DNA of 64,000 bases. Source: an uncultured bacterium. Its GTDB lineage: Bacteria; Krumholzibacteriota; Krumholzibacteriia; LZORAL124-64-63. Positions 38,573 to 48,665 of the stretch are shown here, piece by piece. The stretch is from the NCBI GenBank assembly GCA_963727525.1, contig CAVSGO010000002.1, positions 32,001 to 96,000 of the forward strand. Reading direction: 5' to 3'. Numbering within the stretch: the stretch's first letter is position 1; each line of letters starts with the position of its first letter. The translations under genes were made by a program, and so were the position numbers. The notes beneath the pieces were generated by a model. That model did no database searches, was not told the origin of the DNA, and saw nothing but the letters and a program-made list of their open reading frames with translations.

Positions 38573-39733
38573 ATGGCGAGCACCGGAAAACAGGCCCAGG
38601 CCTCGGGTAACCCGCAGGCACTCGAGCACGTGCACCACATCGTCGCCGTGGGCAGCGGCAAGGGAGGCGTGGGCAAGTCCACCGTCACGGTGAATCTGGC
38701 GGCTGCGCTCGTCGAGCAAGGGCTGCGCGTCGGCGTGCTCGACGCCGACATCTATGGCCCCAGCCAGCCCGGCATGCTGGGCGGCGAGGGGCTGCGCGCC
38801 GAGGCCCGTGGTCAGGTCATCATCCCCGCGCACAGCCACGGCATCGCCTTCGTGTCGATGGGCCTGCTGCTCGAGGGCGACGCGCCCGCCGTATGGCGCG
38901 CGCCCATCGCCATGAAGGTGATCAACCAGTTCCTGCAGCTCGTCGACTGGGGCGAGCTCGACTACCTGCTCGTGGACCTGCCGCCGGGTACCGGAGACGT
39001 GCAACTCACTCTTGCGCAACAGGTATCGCTCACAGGCGCAGTCGTCGTCACCACGCCGCAGCAGGTGGCTCTGGGCGTGGCGCGTCGCGGACTGCGCATG
39101 TTCGAGACCGTCAACGTGCCGATCCTCGGCGTCGTGGAGAACATGAGCGGCTTCACGTGCAGCCATTGCGGCGAGGTCACCGCCATCTTCGACACCGGCG
39201 GCGGTGAGAAGCTGGCCGCCGAGCTGGGCTTTGCACACCTCGGCTCCCTGCCGCTGGATCCGGCGATCGTCGCCAGCGGGGAACAGGGACGGCCCGTGGT
39301 CATCGCGGCGCCGGATTCGAAGGTGGCCGAGGCCTTCCGCCATCTGGCACGGAACCTCCAGGAGGCCGTGGAGCGCGAGGGCGAGCGCGCGGCCGCGGCG
39401 CCGCAGGATGTGGAACTGGATCCCGATGGCAAGCTCCTCATCACCTGGAGCGACGGCCACCGCGCCATGCACACGCCGTACAACCTGCGCCTGCGTTGCC
39501 CGTGCGCGGGCTGCGTGGACGAGAACACCGGACAGCGCACGCTCAAGCCGAGCCAGGTGCCGCTCGACATCGCCGTCACCGGCGCGCGCTCGGTGGGCCG
39601 CTACGCCATGGCCTTCGACTTCAGCGACGGTCACCAGACCGGCATCTATCGCTACGACACCCTGCGTGCCCTCTGCGAGTGCGAGGAGTGCGCGCGCGCG
39701 CGTGGGGACGACGCGCAGTCTTTTTCCGTCTAG
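38573..39733 (+). CDS. Mrp/NBP35 (ApbC) Fe-S carrier ATPase fused to a DUF971 domain
   Basis: SGKGGVGKST, DADIYGPS, DLPPGTGD, ENMS..CSHC, then WSDGH...CPCAGC...VGRYA...FSDGH.TGIY. Confidence 0.9.
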   Translation: MASTGKQAQASGNPQALEHVHHIVAVGSGKGGVGKSTVTVNLAAALVEQGLRVGVLDADIYGPSQPGMLGGEGLRAEARGQVIIPAHSHGIAFVSMGLLLEGDAPAVWRAPIAMKVINQFLQLVDWGELDYLLVDLPPGTGDVQLTLAQQVSLTGAVVVTTPQQVALGVARRGLRMFETVNVPILGVVENMSGFTCSHCGEVTAIFDTGGGEKLAAELGFAHLGSLPLDPAIVASGEQGRPVVIAAPDSKVAEAFRHLARNLQEAVEREGERAAAAPQDVELDPDGKLLITWSDGHRAMHTPYNLRLRCPCAGCVDENTGQRTLKPSQVPLDIAVTGARSVGRYAMAFDFSDGHQTGIYRYDTLRALCECEECARARGDDAQSFSV

Positions 39734-39743
39734 GGAGTTCATC

Positions 39744-40346
39744 ATGACCATCGATGCCAGCACCATCGGCATCACCGCCGAGCCCACGGCCGACCCGAAC
39801 GTCTGCCGCTTTACCGTGGACCGTGTGCTCCACGAGACCGGCGCGGTGCACTGCCGCAACCGCGACGACGCCCAGGGCTCGCCACTTCTGGCGGCGCTCT
39901 TCGCCGTGGGCGACGTGGGCGAGGTGGCGGTGGCCGGACATCTGATCACGGTGCGCAAGGCTGGCGAACGCCCCTGGGGGCAAGTGGCTCGCGAGGTCGG
40001 CGCCGCCATCCGTCAGGGCATCATCGAGGCTGACGGCGCGCCGCTCGTGGCTGCACACTGGGGGGAGCGCTCGTCCGACGACGACGCCCTCCGCGAGCGG
40101 GTGACGGCGATTCTCGAGCGCGACATCAACCCCCAGATCGCCTCCCACGGTGGCTGGACCCGCGTCGCGGACGTGCGCAACGGCACCGTCTTCCTCGAGC
40201 TGGGCGGCGGCTGCCAGGGCTGCGCCTCGTCGCAGGCCACGCTGCGGGGCAGCATCGAGCGCACATTGCGCCAGCAGATCCAGGAGATCACCGCGATCGT
40301 CGACGTGACCGATCACGGCGCGGGAACGAATCCGTATTATCGCTGA
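39744..40346 (+). CDS. NifU/Nfu family Fe-S cluster protein
   Basis: Nfu N-terminal domain (EPTADPN..RF) plus INPQIASHGG...GGGCQGC...DVTDH..G.NPYY. Confidence 0.9.
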   Translation: MTIDASTIGITAEPTADPNVCRFTVDRVLHETGAVHCRNRDDAQGSPLLAALFAVGDVGEVAVAGHLITVRKAGERPWGQVAREVGAAIRQGIIEADGAPLVAAHWGERSSDDDALRERVTAILERDINPQIASHGGWTRVADVRNGTVFLELGGGCQGCASSQATLRGSIERTLRQQIQEITAIVDVTDHGAGTNPYYR

Positions 40347-40358
40347 CATTTCACCTTG

Positions 40359-40374
40359 TGTGATATCGGTCACA
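40359..40374. promoter_or_regulatory. CRP-family consensus binding site
   Basis: TGTGA-TATCGG-TCACA is an exact TGTGA-N6-TCACA match, intergenic and about 80 bp upstream of the 40456 gene. Confidence 0.65.
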
Positions 40375-40455
40375 GTCGGATGCCTCATCCGTACCGATAT
40401 TGATCTCCCGGCCCGCCGCCGGTGAAGAATCGTTTTCATCTCGAGGAGAGTCGGC

Positions 40456-41547
40456 ATGTGCCACCGTCGGCCGTGTCTCGTCGTCGCCGCCGCGATCCTG
40501 GCGCTGACCATCGTCGCCCTGGCGTCGCCGGCCACGGCCCTGCCGCGATATAGCGCGCGCTACGGACAGCGCTGCGCGCTCTGCCACGTCGACCCCAGCG
40601 GCGGCGGCCTGCGCACCACGTACGCCAGCGAGATGATCGTGCCCGACGAGCTGGCGTTCCAACGGTACACCCCCGAGCAGGTGGAACGGATCCACCCCGA
40701 GGTGAGCGAGAGCATCACCGTGGGGCTGGACCAGCGCCTGCTCATCGACCGCGCCGCCGGCGGCGTGGGCAACCAGATCGCCATGCAGGGCGACCTGTAT
40801 GTCGGTGTGCAGATGGACCCACACTTCATCGCCACGATGACGGTGGGCCAGAGCGGCACGCGCGAGTACACGGGTACCGCCTACGTGCTGCCTCTGGAAG
40901 GGTACGTGAAGATGGGCCGCTTCACGCCCGACTACGGCTGGCACTTCGCCGACCACTTCCAGCCGAGCCGCCGCTTCTTGCTCGACGAGAACGGCAGCCC
41001 TTCGCCACTCACGCACACCGACACGGGCGTGGAGGTGGGCGTCCACACGCAGATGTGGGAAGCGACCACGTCGCTGCTGCAGGGACTGGGCGGACGCACC
41101 GACGAGAGCTACACCGCCCGCATCGCGCTGCGCCACAGCTTCGGCAACGTGAACGGGGCGCTCGGCGCATCCATGATCCGGCGCGAGGTCACTGGCGGTC
41201 ACCGCATCGCCCACGGTGGTTTCGGTTACCTCGCCGCCGGTCCCCTGAGCTGGGTGTTCGAGGTCGACGAGACAGGAAACGGCGAGCGCAACGGCATCCT
41301 CATCTCGCAGGAGTACGCCTGGCAGCTCCACCAGGGTCTGTTCCTGCGCGGCGTCTACGGCTACCAGGATCCGGACCGGCGCGTTCAGGCTGGCTCACGC
41401 GAACGCTGGGGCGTGGGGGTCGACCTGCTGGCCACACCATTCTTCGGCGTCACCGCCATGGCCAACCGCTATGTCGCGCGCCGGGGCACCCTCGTCGACG
41501 AACCGAACACGTGGCGGGGCGAGATCGTCCTGCATGTCCTCTACTGA
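40456..41547 (+). CDS. putative outer-membrane beta-barrel with an N-terminal CxxCH heme motif
   Basis: Signal peptide, LPRYSARYGQRCALCHVDPSGGG, alternating amphipathic strands, and an aromatic C-terminus (LHVLY). Confidence 0.7.
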   Translation: MCHRRPCLVVAAAILALTIVALASPATALPRYSARYGQRCALCHVDPSGGGLRTTYASEMIVPDELAFQRYTPEQVERIHPEVSESITVGLDQRLLIDRAAGGVGNQIAMQGDLYVGVQMDPHFIATMTVGQSGTREYTGTAYVLPLEGYVKMGRFTPDYGWHFADHFQPSRRFLLDENGSPSPLTHTDTGVEVGVHTQMWEATTSLLQGLGGRTDESYTARIALRHSFGNVNGALGASMIRREVTGGHRIAHGGFGYLAAGPLSWVFEVDETGNGERNGILISQEYAWQLHQGLFLRGVYGYQDPDRRVQAGSRERWGVGVDLLATPFFGVTAMANRYVARRGTLVDEPNTWRGEIVLHVLY

Positions 41548-41561
41548 CCGGGAGACGAGCC

Positions 41562-42161
41562 ATGCGCACCACCATCCTCGCACTCCTCGCCACCGCCTTG
41601 CTGGCCGCGCCGACCCGCGCGGCCGTGCAGACGTATCGCATCGATCCTGGTGACGATCAGAAGGTGGTCTTCACCTCGAAGGCACCCATGGAGACCTTCG
41701 AGGGCAAGACCCACAAGGTGCACGGCACCATCGTCGCCGACCTCGCGAACCTCGCCGACAGCGTGCAGGTGCGCGTGGTGGTCGACATGGCGAGCCTGTC
41801 CACCGGCATCGGCATGCGTGACAACCACATGCGCGACCGGCACCTCGAGACCAAGAAGTACCCGGAAGCCGTGTTCACGGGCGGCAGGGTGGTGTCATGC
41901 GCGCCGAGCCAGCTCGCGCCGGGCGGCAAGGCGCACGCGGTGGTGGCGGGAATCTTCGATCTGCATGGCGTGGCCCGGCCCGTCGAGATGCCGGTCGATC
42001 TGGCCCTGGACGCCGACGGCACCCTCTCCGTGCAGGTGGCGTTCCCGGTGAAGCTCTCCGATCACGCCATCGAGCGCCCGAAGGTGCTCGTGCTCAAGCT
42101 CGCCGACGAGCAACAGGTGAGCATCGCGTTGCACGCGCTTCCGGTGGAGCCGACACCGTGA
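41562..42161 (+). CDS. YceI family protein
   Basis: Signal peptide, FTSKAPMETFEG, LSTGIGMRDNHMR...LET.KYP, FDLHGV. Confidence 0.9.
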   Translation: MRTTILALLATALLAAPTRAAVQTYRIDPGDDQKVVFTSKAPMETFEGKTHKVHGTIVADLANLADSVQVRVVVDMASLSTGIGMRDNHMRDRHLETKKYPEAVFTGGRVVSCAPSQLAPGGKAHAVVAGIFDLHGVARPVEMPVDLALDADGTLSVQVAFPVKLSDHAIERPKVLVLKLADEQQVSIALHALPVEPTP

Positions 42162-42580
42162 GGCGCTCGACATGCATGCTGCTCGCGAGCGCGCTCCTCG
42201 TCGCCGCGGGCTGTAGCGACTGGGGCGATCCGCCCGCCGACGTGACCGGCCCGGCCGGTCCGCCGGCGCCGACCGTGTTCTTCGCCACCGACATCCAGCC
42301 GATCTTCGACCAGCACTGCATCGGCTGTCATGGCGACGGCGGCTTCCAGGGGCTCGATCTGCGCACCGGCCAGAGCTACGCGCTCCTCGTGGGCGTCACG
42401 GCTCAGGAGGCCGCCATCCCGCGTATCGACCCGGGCCATCCCGAGACGTCCTATCTCTACCTCAAGATCACGGGCAACCAGACGTCAGGCGCGCGCATGC
42501 CCTTCGGCGAGGCACCGTTGCCGCAGACGACCACCGATCTCGTCCGCACCTGGATCGAGGAAGGCGCGCTCGACAACTAG
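42158..42580 (+). CDS. monoheme cytochrome c lipoprotein (planctomycete cytochrome c-like)
   Basis: Lipobox AAGC, IQPIFDQHCIGCH, PGHPETSYL, RMP (axial Met candidate), WIEEGA. Confidence 0.85.
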   Translation: MRRSTCMLLASALLVAAGCSDWGDPPADVTGPAGPPAPTVFFATDIQPIFDQHCIGCHGDGGFQGLDLRTGQSYALLVGVTAQEAAIPRIDPGHPETSYLYLKITGNQTSGARMPFGEAPLPQTTTDLVRTWIEEGALDN

Positions 42581-43077
42581 CCGGCCGCCGGCCCGCCCGC
42601 GCCGCGGTTCTTGCTCCGCTCGATCGACTGCAACGCGAGGTAGCGCTCGCCGAACTTGGCGAGGTTGTCCAGTTCGGTGTCGTACTGGTCGAAGTGGCCC
42701 TCCTCCTCCATCACCAGCTCCTCGAAGAGCTTCTTCGACATCGCATCGGCATTGGCGGAACACTCGTTGGCCCAGAGGTTGTAGTCGCGTGCGCTCTCCT
42801 CTTCCATCCGAGCGGCCTTCTCCAGCATCTTCGTGACGTCCTGGATCGGCTCGGGATCCATGGCCACCTTCATCTCCACATCCCCCTTGAGGAAGAGGAT
42901 GCGCTCGGCCAGCTTCTCCACGTGGATCATCTCGTCGATCGCCGTGCGCTTGAATAGCGCGGCCAGCGGGTCGAAGCCCTGATCATCGCAGTGGAAGTGG
43001 AAGTACATGTACTGGTGGACGGCGGCCAGCTCGTCCGCAATGGCCTTGTTCAGCAGTTCGATGCTCTTCTCGTGCAT
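42577..43077 (-). CDS. bfr: bacterioferritin
   Basis: ELAAVHQYMYFH, DEMIHVEKLAERILFL, EEE and EEEGH ferroxidase ligands. Confidence 0.88.
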   Translation of the reverse strand: MHEKSIELLNKAIADELAAVHQYMYFHFHCDDQGFDPLAALFKRTAIDEMIHVEKLAERILFLKGDVEMKVAMDPEPIQDVTKMLEKAARMEEESARDYNLWANECSANADAMSKKLFEELVMEEEGHFDQYDTELDNLAKFGERYLALQSIERSKNRGAGGPAAG

Positions 43078-43162
43078 GGCATGACTCCCGGGTTGGCGTG
43101 TTTGAACATGACAATCGAGTTTGCAGCCCAAAGGTAGGCAGCCGGCGTGAACGTTGGCAAGG

Positions 43163-43849
43163 TCAAGAGTCGACCAGATGGTCGAGGACCGCAGCCATCA
43201 GCGTGTTGATGGACGCGTAGGCCGATGCCGGCGCCGCACGCATGGCCGCCTCGGTCTGCACGAATGGGCCGTGGTGCAGGGCGCCGCGGCTATGCGCGAT
43301 GATGTCCACCATGCTCGCGGGCGTGGTCTCGAGGTGGCACTGCAGCCCCATGGTCCGCTCGCCGAGCTGGAAGACCTGATTCTCGCAAGCCTCGCTGCAC
43401 GCCAGTTGCACCGCGCCCGCCGGTAGCGCGAAGGTCTCGTCGTGCCAGTGGAACACCGACACCCTTGGTGGGAATCGGAACGTGTTGGCCGGCCCTGGCC
43501 TTGCCTCGAGATCGAACCAGCCGATCTCGCGTTCGCAATTCCCGCACACCGCCGCACCGAGTGCGCTTGCGATGAGCTGGGCGCCCAGACAGATGCCGAG
43601 CACGGCACGACCATCGGCGATCGCGGCGCGCAACGTATCTTTCTCGGCTCGTAACCAGGGGAACACCGCCTCGTCGTTCACACTCATCGGTCCGCCCATC
43701 GCAATGACCAGGTCCGTGTCGGCGAGGTCGGGCACGCGGTCTCCGTCCCACGGACGGGTCCAGCTCACGGCGGCGCCGCGTCGTTCCAGCCAGCTCGCGA
43801 TGCTCCCGAGACCCTCGTATGGAACGTGCTGGAACACATGGGCCCGCAT
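43163..43849 (-). CDS. class I glutamine amidotransferase-like protein
   Basis: QHVPYEGLG, MGGPMSVND, GICLGAQL, HWH and GLQCHLE. Confidence 0.9.
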   Translation of the reverse strand: MRAHVFQHVPYEGLGSIASWLERRGAAVSWTRPWDGDRVPDLADTDLVIAMGGPMSVNDEAVFPWLRAEKDTLRAAIADGRAVLGICLGAQLIASALGAAVCGNCEREIGWFDLEARPGPANTFRFPPRVSVFHWHDETFALPAGAVQLACSEACENQVFQLGERTMGLQCHLETTPASMVDIIAHSRGALHHGPFVQTEAAMRAAPASAYASINTLMAAVLDHLVDS

Positions 43850-43877
43850 GACGACCTCCCGGCGCCGACAAGACGCG

Positions 43878-44474
43878 TCAGACCAGCCTCTTCAGGAAAG
43901 GCAGGATGCCGCGCGCGTGCAACTCGGCCAGCGTGGCGACCGCGATGAGCGCCACCACGAACCAGACGGCGTGACCCACGTCGCGCCGAAACGCGGCCGG
44001 GCGCACGGGATACGTTTCCGGCTCCCGCAGATCGCGCCGCCGCGGCAGGAAGGCCGACGTCACCACCCGGTACCGGCGATACGGCTGCCCATGCGCCATC
44101 TCGAGCTGTGCCTCCTCCTCGCGCATCACCGCCGGATAGTAGGACGCGAACGCGATGCCGATGACGGCGGGGACCGTGAACGTGCGCGTGGCCAGGCCCA
44201 CGCCCAGCGCCCCGACCAGGCTGCACAGGTAGAGGGGATGGCGACAGAGCGAGTACGGTCCCTCGGTGACGAGCATGCCGTTCTTGTAACCGCCGATGAA
44301 GAGCGAGCACCAGATCCGGCCGAAGCACGCCAGCATCACCAGCGCGACCGACACACCGGTGAAGACGACGCCCCACGCCTCTGGCCAGTGGCTGCCGATC
44401 GCCGCCGAAACGCCTAGCAGCAGATAGCCGAGGATCTGGGAGAGCGGCACACGCAGACGCGACAGAGTGCTCAT
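43878..44474 (-). CDS. isoprenylcysteine carboxyl methyltransferase/PEMT family membrane protein
   Basis: LVTEGPYSLCRHPLY, EE..L...G..Y and TM helices. Confidence 0.85.
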   Translation of the reverse strand: MSTLSRLRVPLSQILGYLLLGVSAAIGSHWPEAWGVVFTGVSVALVMLACFGRIWCSLFIGGYKNGMLVTEGPYSLCRHPLYLCSLVGALGVGLATRTFTVPAVIGIAFASYYPAVMREEEAQLEMAHGQPYRRYRVVTSAFLPRRRDLREPETYPVRPAAFRRDVGHAVWFVVALIAVATLAELHARGILPFLKRLV

Positions 44475-44541
44475 GGCCGTGAAGGTAGCCGGTGCGGCGC
44501 ATGACGTCCAGATTCACGGAGATCCCGCGCGATACGTGAGC

Positions 44542-44569
44542 GGGGCCGCGGCATCCCTGCCACGGCCCC
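44542..44569 (-). terminator. hairpin downstream of the S9 peptidase
   Basis: GGGGCCG...CGGCCCC stem. No strong U-tract. Confidence 0.4.
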
Positions 44570-44612
44570 CGGTGGATGCCGTCCCGGGCACGTCGTCAGG
44601 GGTGGCGACGCG

Positions 44613-46682
44613 CTAGCTACCGGCCTTGTCGTCCAGCGTCACGCCGGTGACATCCACCGTGATCTCGTCGAGGCGTTGTTGCGTATCGGGCATCACGTCT
44701 TCCTGGTATCGCCCTCCGAGGTGCTTGGCGAGGAACATCTCCATCGCCACGGCCATGGCCTTGCGGTTGTTCGGCGCGCGGAACCCGTGGCCCTCGTCGG
44801 GCGCCACGAGGTACTCCACCGCCTTGCCCTTGTCGCGCAGCGCGCACACGATCTGGTCGCTCTCGTGCTGCTTCACTCGCGGGTCGTTGGCGCCGTGCAC
44901 CACGAGGAGCGGACACCGGATCTGTTCGCAATGGAAGAGGGGCGAGCGGGCGATGAGGTCGGCGTGGTCGGCCTCCACCTCGGGATTGCCCACGCGCTTG
45001 TACCAGGATCCCTCGAGGAACGGCTTCCAGTACTCGGGGAAGCTGTTGATCAGGGTCAGGAGGTTCGACGGACCGACGTAGGGGATGCCGCAGGCATAGA
45101 GGTCGGGCGTGAAGGTGACACCGGACAGGGTGGCGTAGCCGCCGTAACTGCCGCCGTAGATCCCGATGCGCGCGGGGTCGGCGATGCCCTGGTCCTTCAA
45201 CCATTGCACCGCGTCGGTAATGTCGTGTTGCATGGCACCGACGCCCCACTCGCGGTTGCCCGCGTTGAGGTAATGTTTGCCGTATCCCGACGACCCGCGG
45301 TAATTCACCTGCATCACAGCATAGCCGCGATTGGCGAGGAATTGCGCATACGGTTCGTAACCCCAGAGATCGCGCGCCCACGGGCCGCCGTGGACGTACA
45401 TGACCACCGGCAGGTTCCTCGGCTCGAGCCCCTTCGGCAGCGTGAGGTATGCATGGATTGTCATCCCATCGCGCGCCGTGTAGCGCACGGGCTGCATCGG
45501 CGCGAGCTGGTCGCTCGGCAGGTCGGGGCGCGAGCGATACTGTAGCACCACGGTGCCGCTGTCGCGGTCGTAGAGATACACCGAGCCTGGATCCACGTCG
45601 CTGGACACCGACACGAGCAGACGCCGCATGTCGTCCGTCATACTGTTGACGCCGATCTCGCCCCCGGGCAGCTTCGCGCGCAGGTCGGCGAAGATCTCTC
45701 GCGCTTCGTCCGTCCTCGGGTAGATGCGCACGCGGTCACCCAGGTATGCCGTGGCGATCAGCTCGTACGTGGTGGGATGGAACACCGCGGCCCCGAAGTC
45801 GACCTCGCCTTCCGGATCCCGCTCCACCAGTTCCATGTCTCCGGTCTCGACGTCGAGCAGCATGAGCTGCTCGAGATCCACGTCCTGGCCCACATTGCTG
45901 CTGAGGTAGACGTGCCGCCCGTCGGGTTGGAACGCATGCACGCCGAGTTCCTCCTCGTACGTGCAGGTGACGATCGACGTGAGGCTCCCGTCGAGCCCCA
46001 CGCGCATCAGTTCCGTACCGCCGTCAGGCAGTGCGCGCTCGGCGAGGCGCACGTCGCCTTCGAGGTCGAAGTCCCAGCTTCCGACCTCCTTGTCGTTGAG
46101 CACCATGAGCGTGCGGTCGCCGGTGGAGATGCGCACCTTGTAGACATCGTGGAACCGGGGATCGCGGTCGTTGAGGCCCACGATGATCGCATCGGGCTGC
46201 GAACGCGGCACCGAGAAGATGGAGGCGCGCACATCCGGCAGCGGCGTCAGGTCGCGCGCCGGCGGGACGTCGGAATCCGCCGCCGGCGCGGCCGCAGGGT
46301 CGACGGCCCAGACGTGGAAGTTCTCGTCGCCGTCGCGATCCTGCACGTAGAGCACGTACCTGGCGTCACGGCTCCAGAAATACCCGGGCACGGGCCTCGC
46401 ATCGGCCGTCAGCGGCCGCGCGGCCTCGAACGGCTCGGCAGCCGTCTTGATCCAGATGTTGCGCACGCCCTTGTACGGCTTGATGAAGCTCATCGTGGTG
46501 CCGTCGGGGCTGAGCTGGGACCCGGAGATCTCCGGGTCGCCGAAGAAGAGTTCGCGATCGATCAAGGGAGCCACGGACGCGGCGACCTCCTGCTGATGGG
46601 CCTGATCGGTGCCGCCGCGTGAACAGCCGGCAAGAACGACGAGAGATACGCTCGACAAGATAATCAAGATATGCCGGTGCAT
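44613..46682 (-). CDS. S9 family prolyl oligopeptidase/acylaminoacyl peptidase, lipoprotein
   Basis: Lipobox LAGC, VHGGPW, GGSYGG nucleophile, GANDPRV and DEGHGF. Confidence 0.93.
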   Translation of the reverse strand: MHRHILIILSSVSLVVLAGCSRGGTDQAHQQEVAASVAPLIDRELFFGDPEISGSQLSPDGTTMSFIKPYKGVRNIWIKTAAEPFEAARPLTADARPVPGYFWSRDARYVLYVQDRDGDENFHVWAVDPAAAPAADSDVPPARDLTPLPDVRASIFSVPRSQPDAIIVGLNDRDPRFHDVYKVRISTGDRTLMVLNDKEVGSWDFDLEGDVRLAERALPDGGTELMRVGLDGSLTSIVTCTYEEELGVHAFQPDGRHVYLSSNVGQDVDLEQLMLLDVETGDMELVERDPEGEVDFGAAVFHPTTYELIATAYLGDRVRIYPRTDEAREIFADLRAKLPGGEIGVNSMTDDMRRLLVSVSSDVDPGSVYLYDRDSGTVVLQYRSRPDLPSDQLAPMQPVRYTARDGMTIHAYLTLPKGLEPRNLPVVMYVHGGPWARDLWGYEPYAQFLANRGYAVMQVNYRGSSGYGKHYLNAGNREWGVGAMQHDITDAVQWLKDQGIADPARIGIYGGSYGGYATLSGVTFTPDLYACGIPYVGPSNLLTLINSFPEYWKPFLEGSWYKRVGNPEVEADHADLIARSPLFHCEQIRCPLLVVHGANDPRVKQHESDQIVCALRDKGKAVEYLVAPDEGHGFRAPNNRKAMAVAMEMFLAKHLGGRYQEDVMPDTQQRLDEITVDVTGVTLDDKAGS

Positions 46683-46775
46683 GGCATCATCCTCCGTTCT
46701 GCACGTGCATCGGGATCTCGAACACCACGCCCATACGTCGGGCGGGATGGAAATGTTCGGCCGGTTCGGGCCATT

Positions 46776-47717
46776 TCAGGGCAGCAGCGTGACCTTGGCG
46801 ACCTGCTCCCAGCCCCGACCCCGCGCCCGGGCCAGGTACACGCCCCCGGGGAGCGGCCGGTCGGCGTCGTCGCGACCATCCCAGACGACCCGCCGGGGCC
46901 CCGCCTCGAGCCGTCCGTCGAGGAGGCCGCGCACGCGCCGGCCCCTGGCGTCGTAGACCACCACCATGACAAACTGGGACTGCGGAAGAGAGAAGTCGAG
47001 GGTGGTGCGCGGGTTGAACGGGTTGGGGGACGCATGCAGGGCCACTGCGTCGGGCAGGCCGGGCGTGGCGGTGGCCACACCGGCGCCCGAGAGTGCGAAG
47101 TGACCACCGCTGACGTTCACGAGGAAAAAGGGGTTGTCGATGTCGGCGGTGGTGCCGGTGAACGTGCCGGACAGGGTGTCGGCGCTCACCGTGGACACGG
47201 CGATCGAGCCGCTGAGGCTCACGAGCTTGTGCAGGGCCGGCAGATCCTGGAACCACTGGATCAGCCCCGACACGTCGAGGGTGTCGGGCAGGGTGAACGC
47301 CTGGGCGTCGTCGATGAAGACGAACGCGGCTGTGCCGCCGGCGATGTCCACTCCAAACGTTCCCGGGTGCAATGGACCCACGGTCTTGATGAAGAGGAAC
47401 GCGCCATCGAAGGTGTCGTCGCCGTTGTCCGTGATGGCGTACACGGCCGTGGCCACGGTGTCGGCCGCCAGCGTCGTCATTCCGCCGCCCACGGCCTCGG
47501 TCTGACCGGGATCCCAGACGCCCCCCGGGCCTAGTGCCGGCCCATCCGCGGCGAACGTGCCGCTGTAGCCGGGGAACGGCGTCTGGACGTAGCTGAAGCC
47601 GAGCGTCCCGCCGGTATACAGCGTGTCGGCCCCGGTGAACTGGGCGTGAGCGGACGGAACGATCAGACAGGCGAAGAGCAGGCCGCACAGGCCCATGGCG
47701 GTGGACAGGGTTTTCAC
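46776..47717 (-). CDS. secreted protein with a C-terminal FlgD-Ig/T9SS-like domain
   Basis: GTG start after GGAGG, signal peptide, and C-terminal SPNPFNPRTT...YDARGRRVR...WDGRDD...GVY. Confidence 0.85.
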   Translation of the reverse strand: MKTLSTAMGLCGLLFACLIVPSAHAQFTGADTLYTGGTLGFSYVQTPFPGYSGTFAADGPALGPGGVWDPGQTEAVGGGMTTLAADTVATAVYAITDNGDDTFDGAFLFIKTVGPLHPGTFGVDIAGGTAAFVFIDDAQAFTLPDTLDVSGLIQWFQDLPALHKLVSLSGSIAVSTVSADTLSGTFTGTTADIDNPFFLVNVSGGHFALSGAGVATATPGLPDAVALHASPNPFNPRTTLDFSLPQSQFVMVVVYDARGRRVRGLLDGRLEAGPRRVVWDGRDDADRPLPGGVYLARARGRGWEQVAKVTLLP

Positions 47718-48011
47718 GACGACCTCCGGAACGTCGGCCAGCGTCGGTGCCGACCGGAGGGCGATCATACCATGGATCGGGCGAAGAGGCCATGCGGCCG
47801 CGGAAGGCGAACCAGGTTGGCAGGGGGGGCAATCGCCTAGGTCCAGCCCGCCTTCCGCGCCATCGAGGAGCGATGATGTCGCCGGGTGCCGGATCTGAAC
47901 CACCCGCTTCTCCTGTGACGCACGGCCGGGGCTGGAATCACACGCAGACCGAAAACTTTCAGCCCACCTTATTCACGCCGTCGCAGTAGCGATAGCGTGA
48001 AGAAGGTGGGT

Positions 48012-48665
48012 TCAGGGTTGAGGCCGGAAGGAGGCGAAGAAATCACGAATCTCGGTGTCATCGAAGAGCCCGCCGTGCTTGTTCCACGCGGCGAGGATGA
48101 AGATGTCGGGGCCAGCCAGCACGCCGCGTACCCACACCTGACCGTCTCCGGACCGCTCCTCGGCCTGGACCTCGACGCCCTGGATGCCCCCCGCCGAGAA
48201 GGGGCGCTGCCGCACGACCTCGGCGCCGAAGGACTTCAGCACGTTCTCCACACGCGCCACGACCATCGTCGGATCGGGTGCGCTGCCGTCGGACGCATGG
48301 GCATTGCGGTAGGCGAAGATGGAACAACCCCGATCCTGCACACCGCCGCGTTCGCAGGTGTAGGAGGCCTGCTGCTCGTCGCCGAGATGCCACTCGTCGG
48401 GTTCGCGGGTAACGATGCGCGTGCATCCGGAGGGCCAGTAGACGTGGAAACCGGCATCGGGATAGGTCTGCTCGTAACCCTCGGTGATCGGCTGGGCATC
48501 CTGCCTGATCGTGTCACCCGCTGCCACGACCGGCGGGGCAAAACGGGTCGCCTGAGGTCGGCCCGCGTCGCTCCGGGACGATTCCCGACGACAACCGCCA
48601 GGACCGACGAGCACGCTCACGGCCATCACCACCGCGACCGCGACCATCAACCTGCATCTTCTCAT
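48012..48665 (-). CDS. hypothetical lipoprotein
   Basis: MRRCRLMVAVAVVMAVSVLVGPGGC signal. ATGA-coupled to pepF. Confidence 0.65.
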   Translation of the reverse strand: MRRCRLMVAVAVVMAVSVLVGPGGCRRESSRSDAGRPQATRFAPPVVAAGDTIRQDAQPITEGYEQTYPDAGFHVYWPSGCTRIVTREPDEWHLGDEQQASYTCERGGVQDRGCSIFAYRNAHASDGSAPDPTMVVARVENVLKSFGAEVVRQRPFSAGGIQGVEVQAEERSGDGQVWVRGVLAGPDIFILAAWNKHGGLFDDTEIRDFFASFRPQP

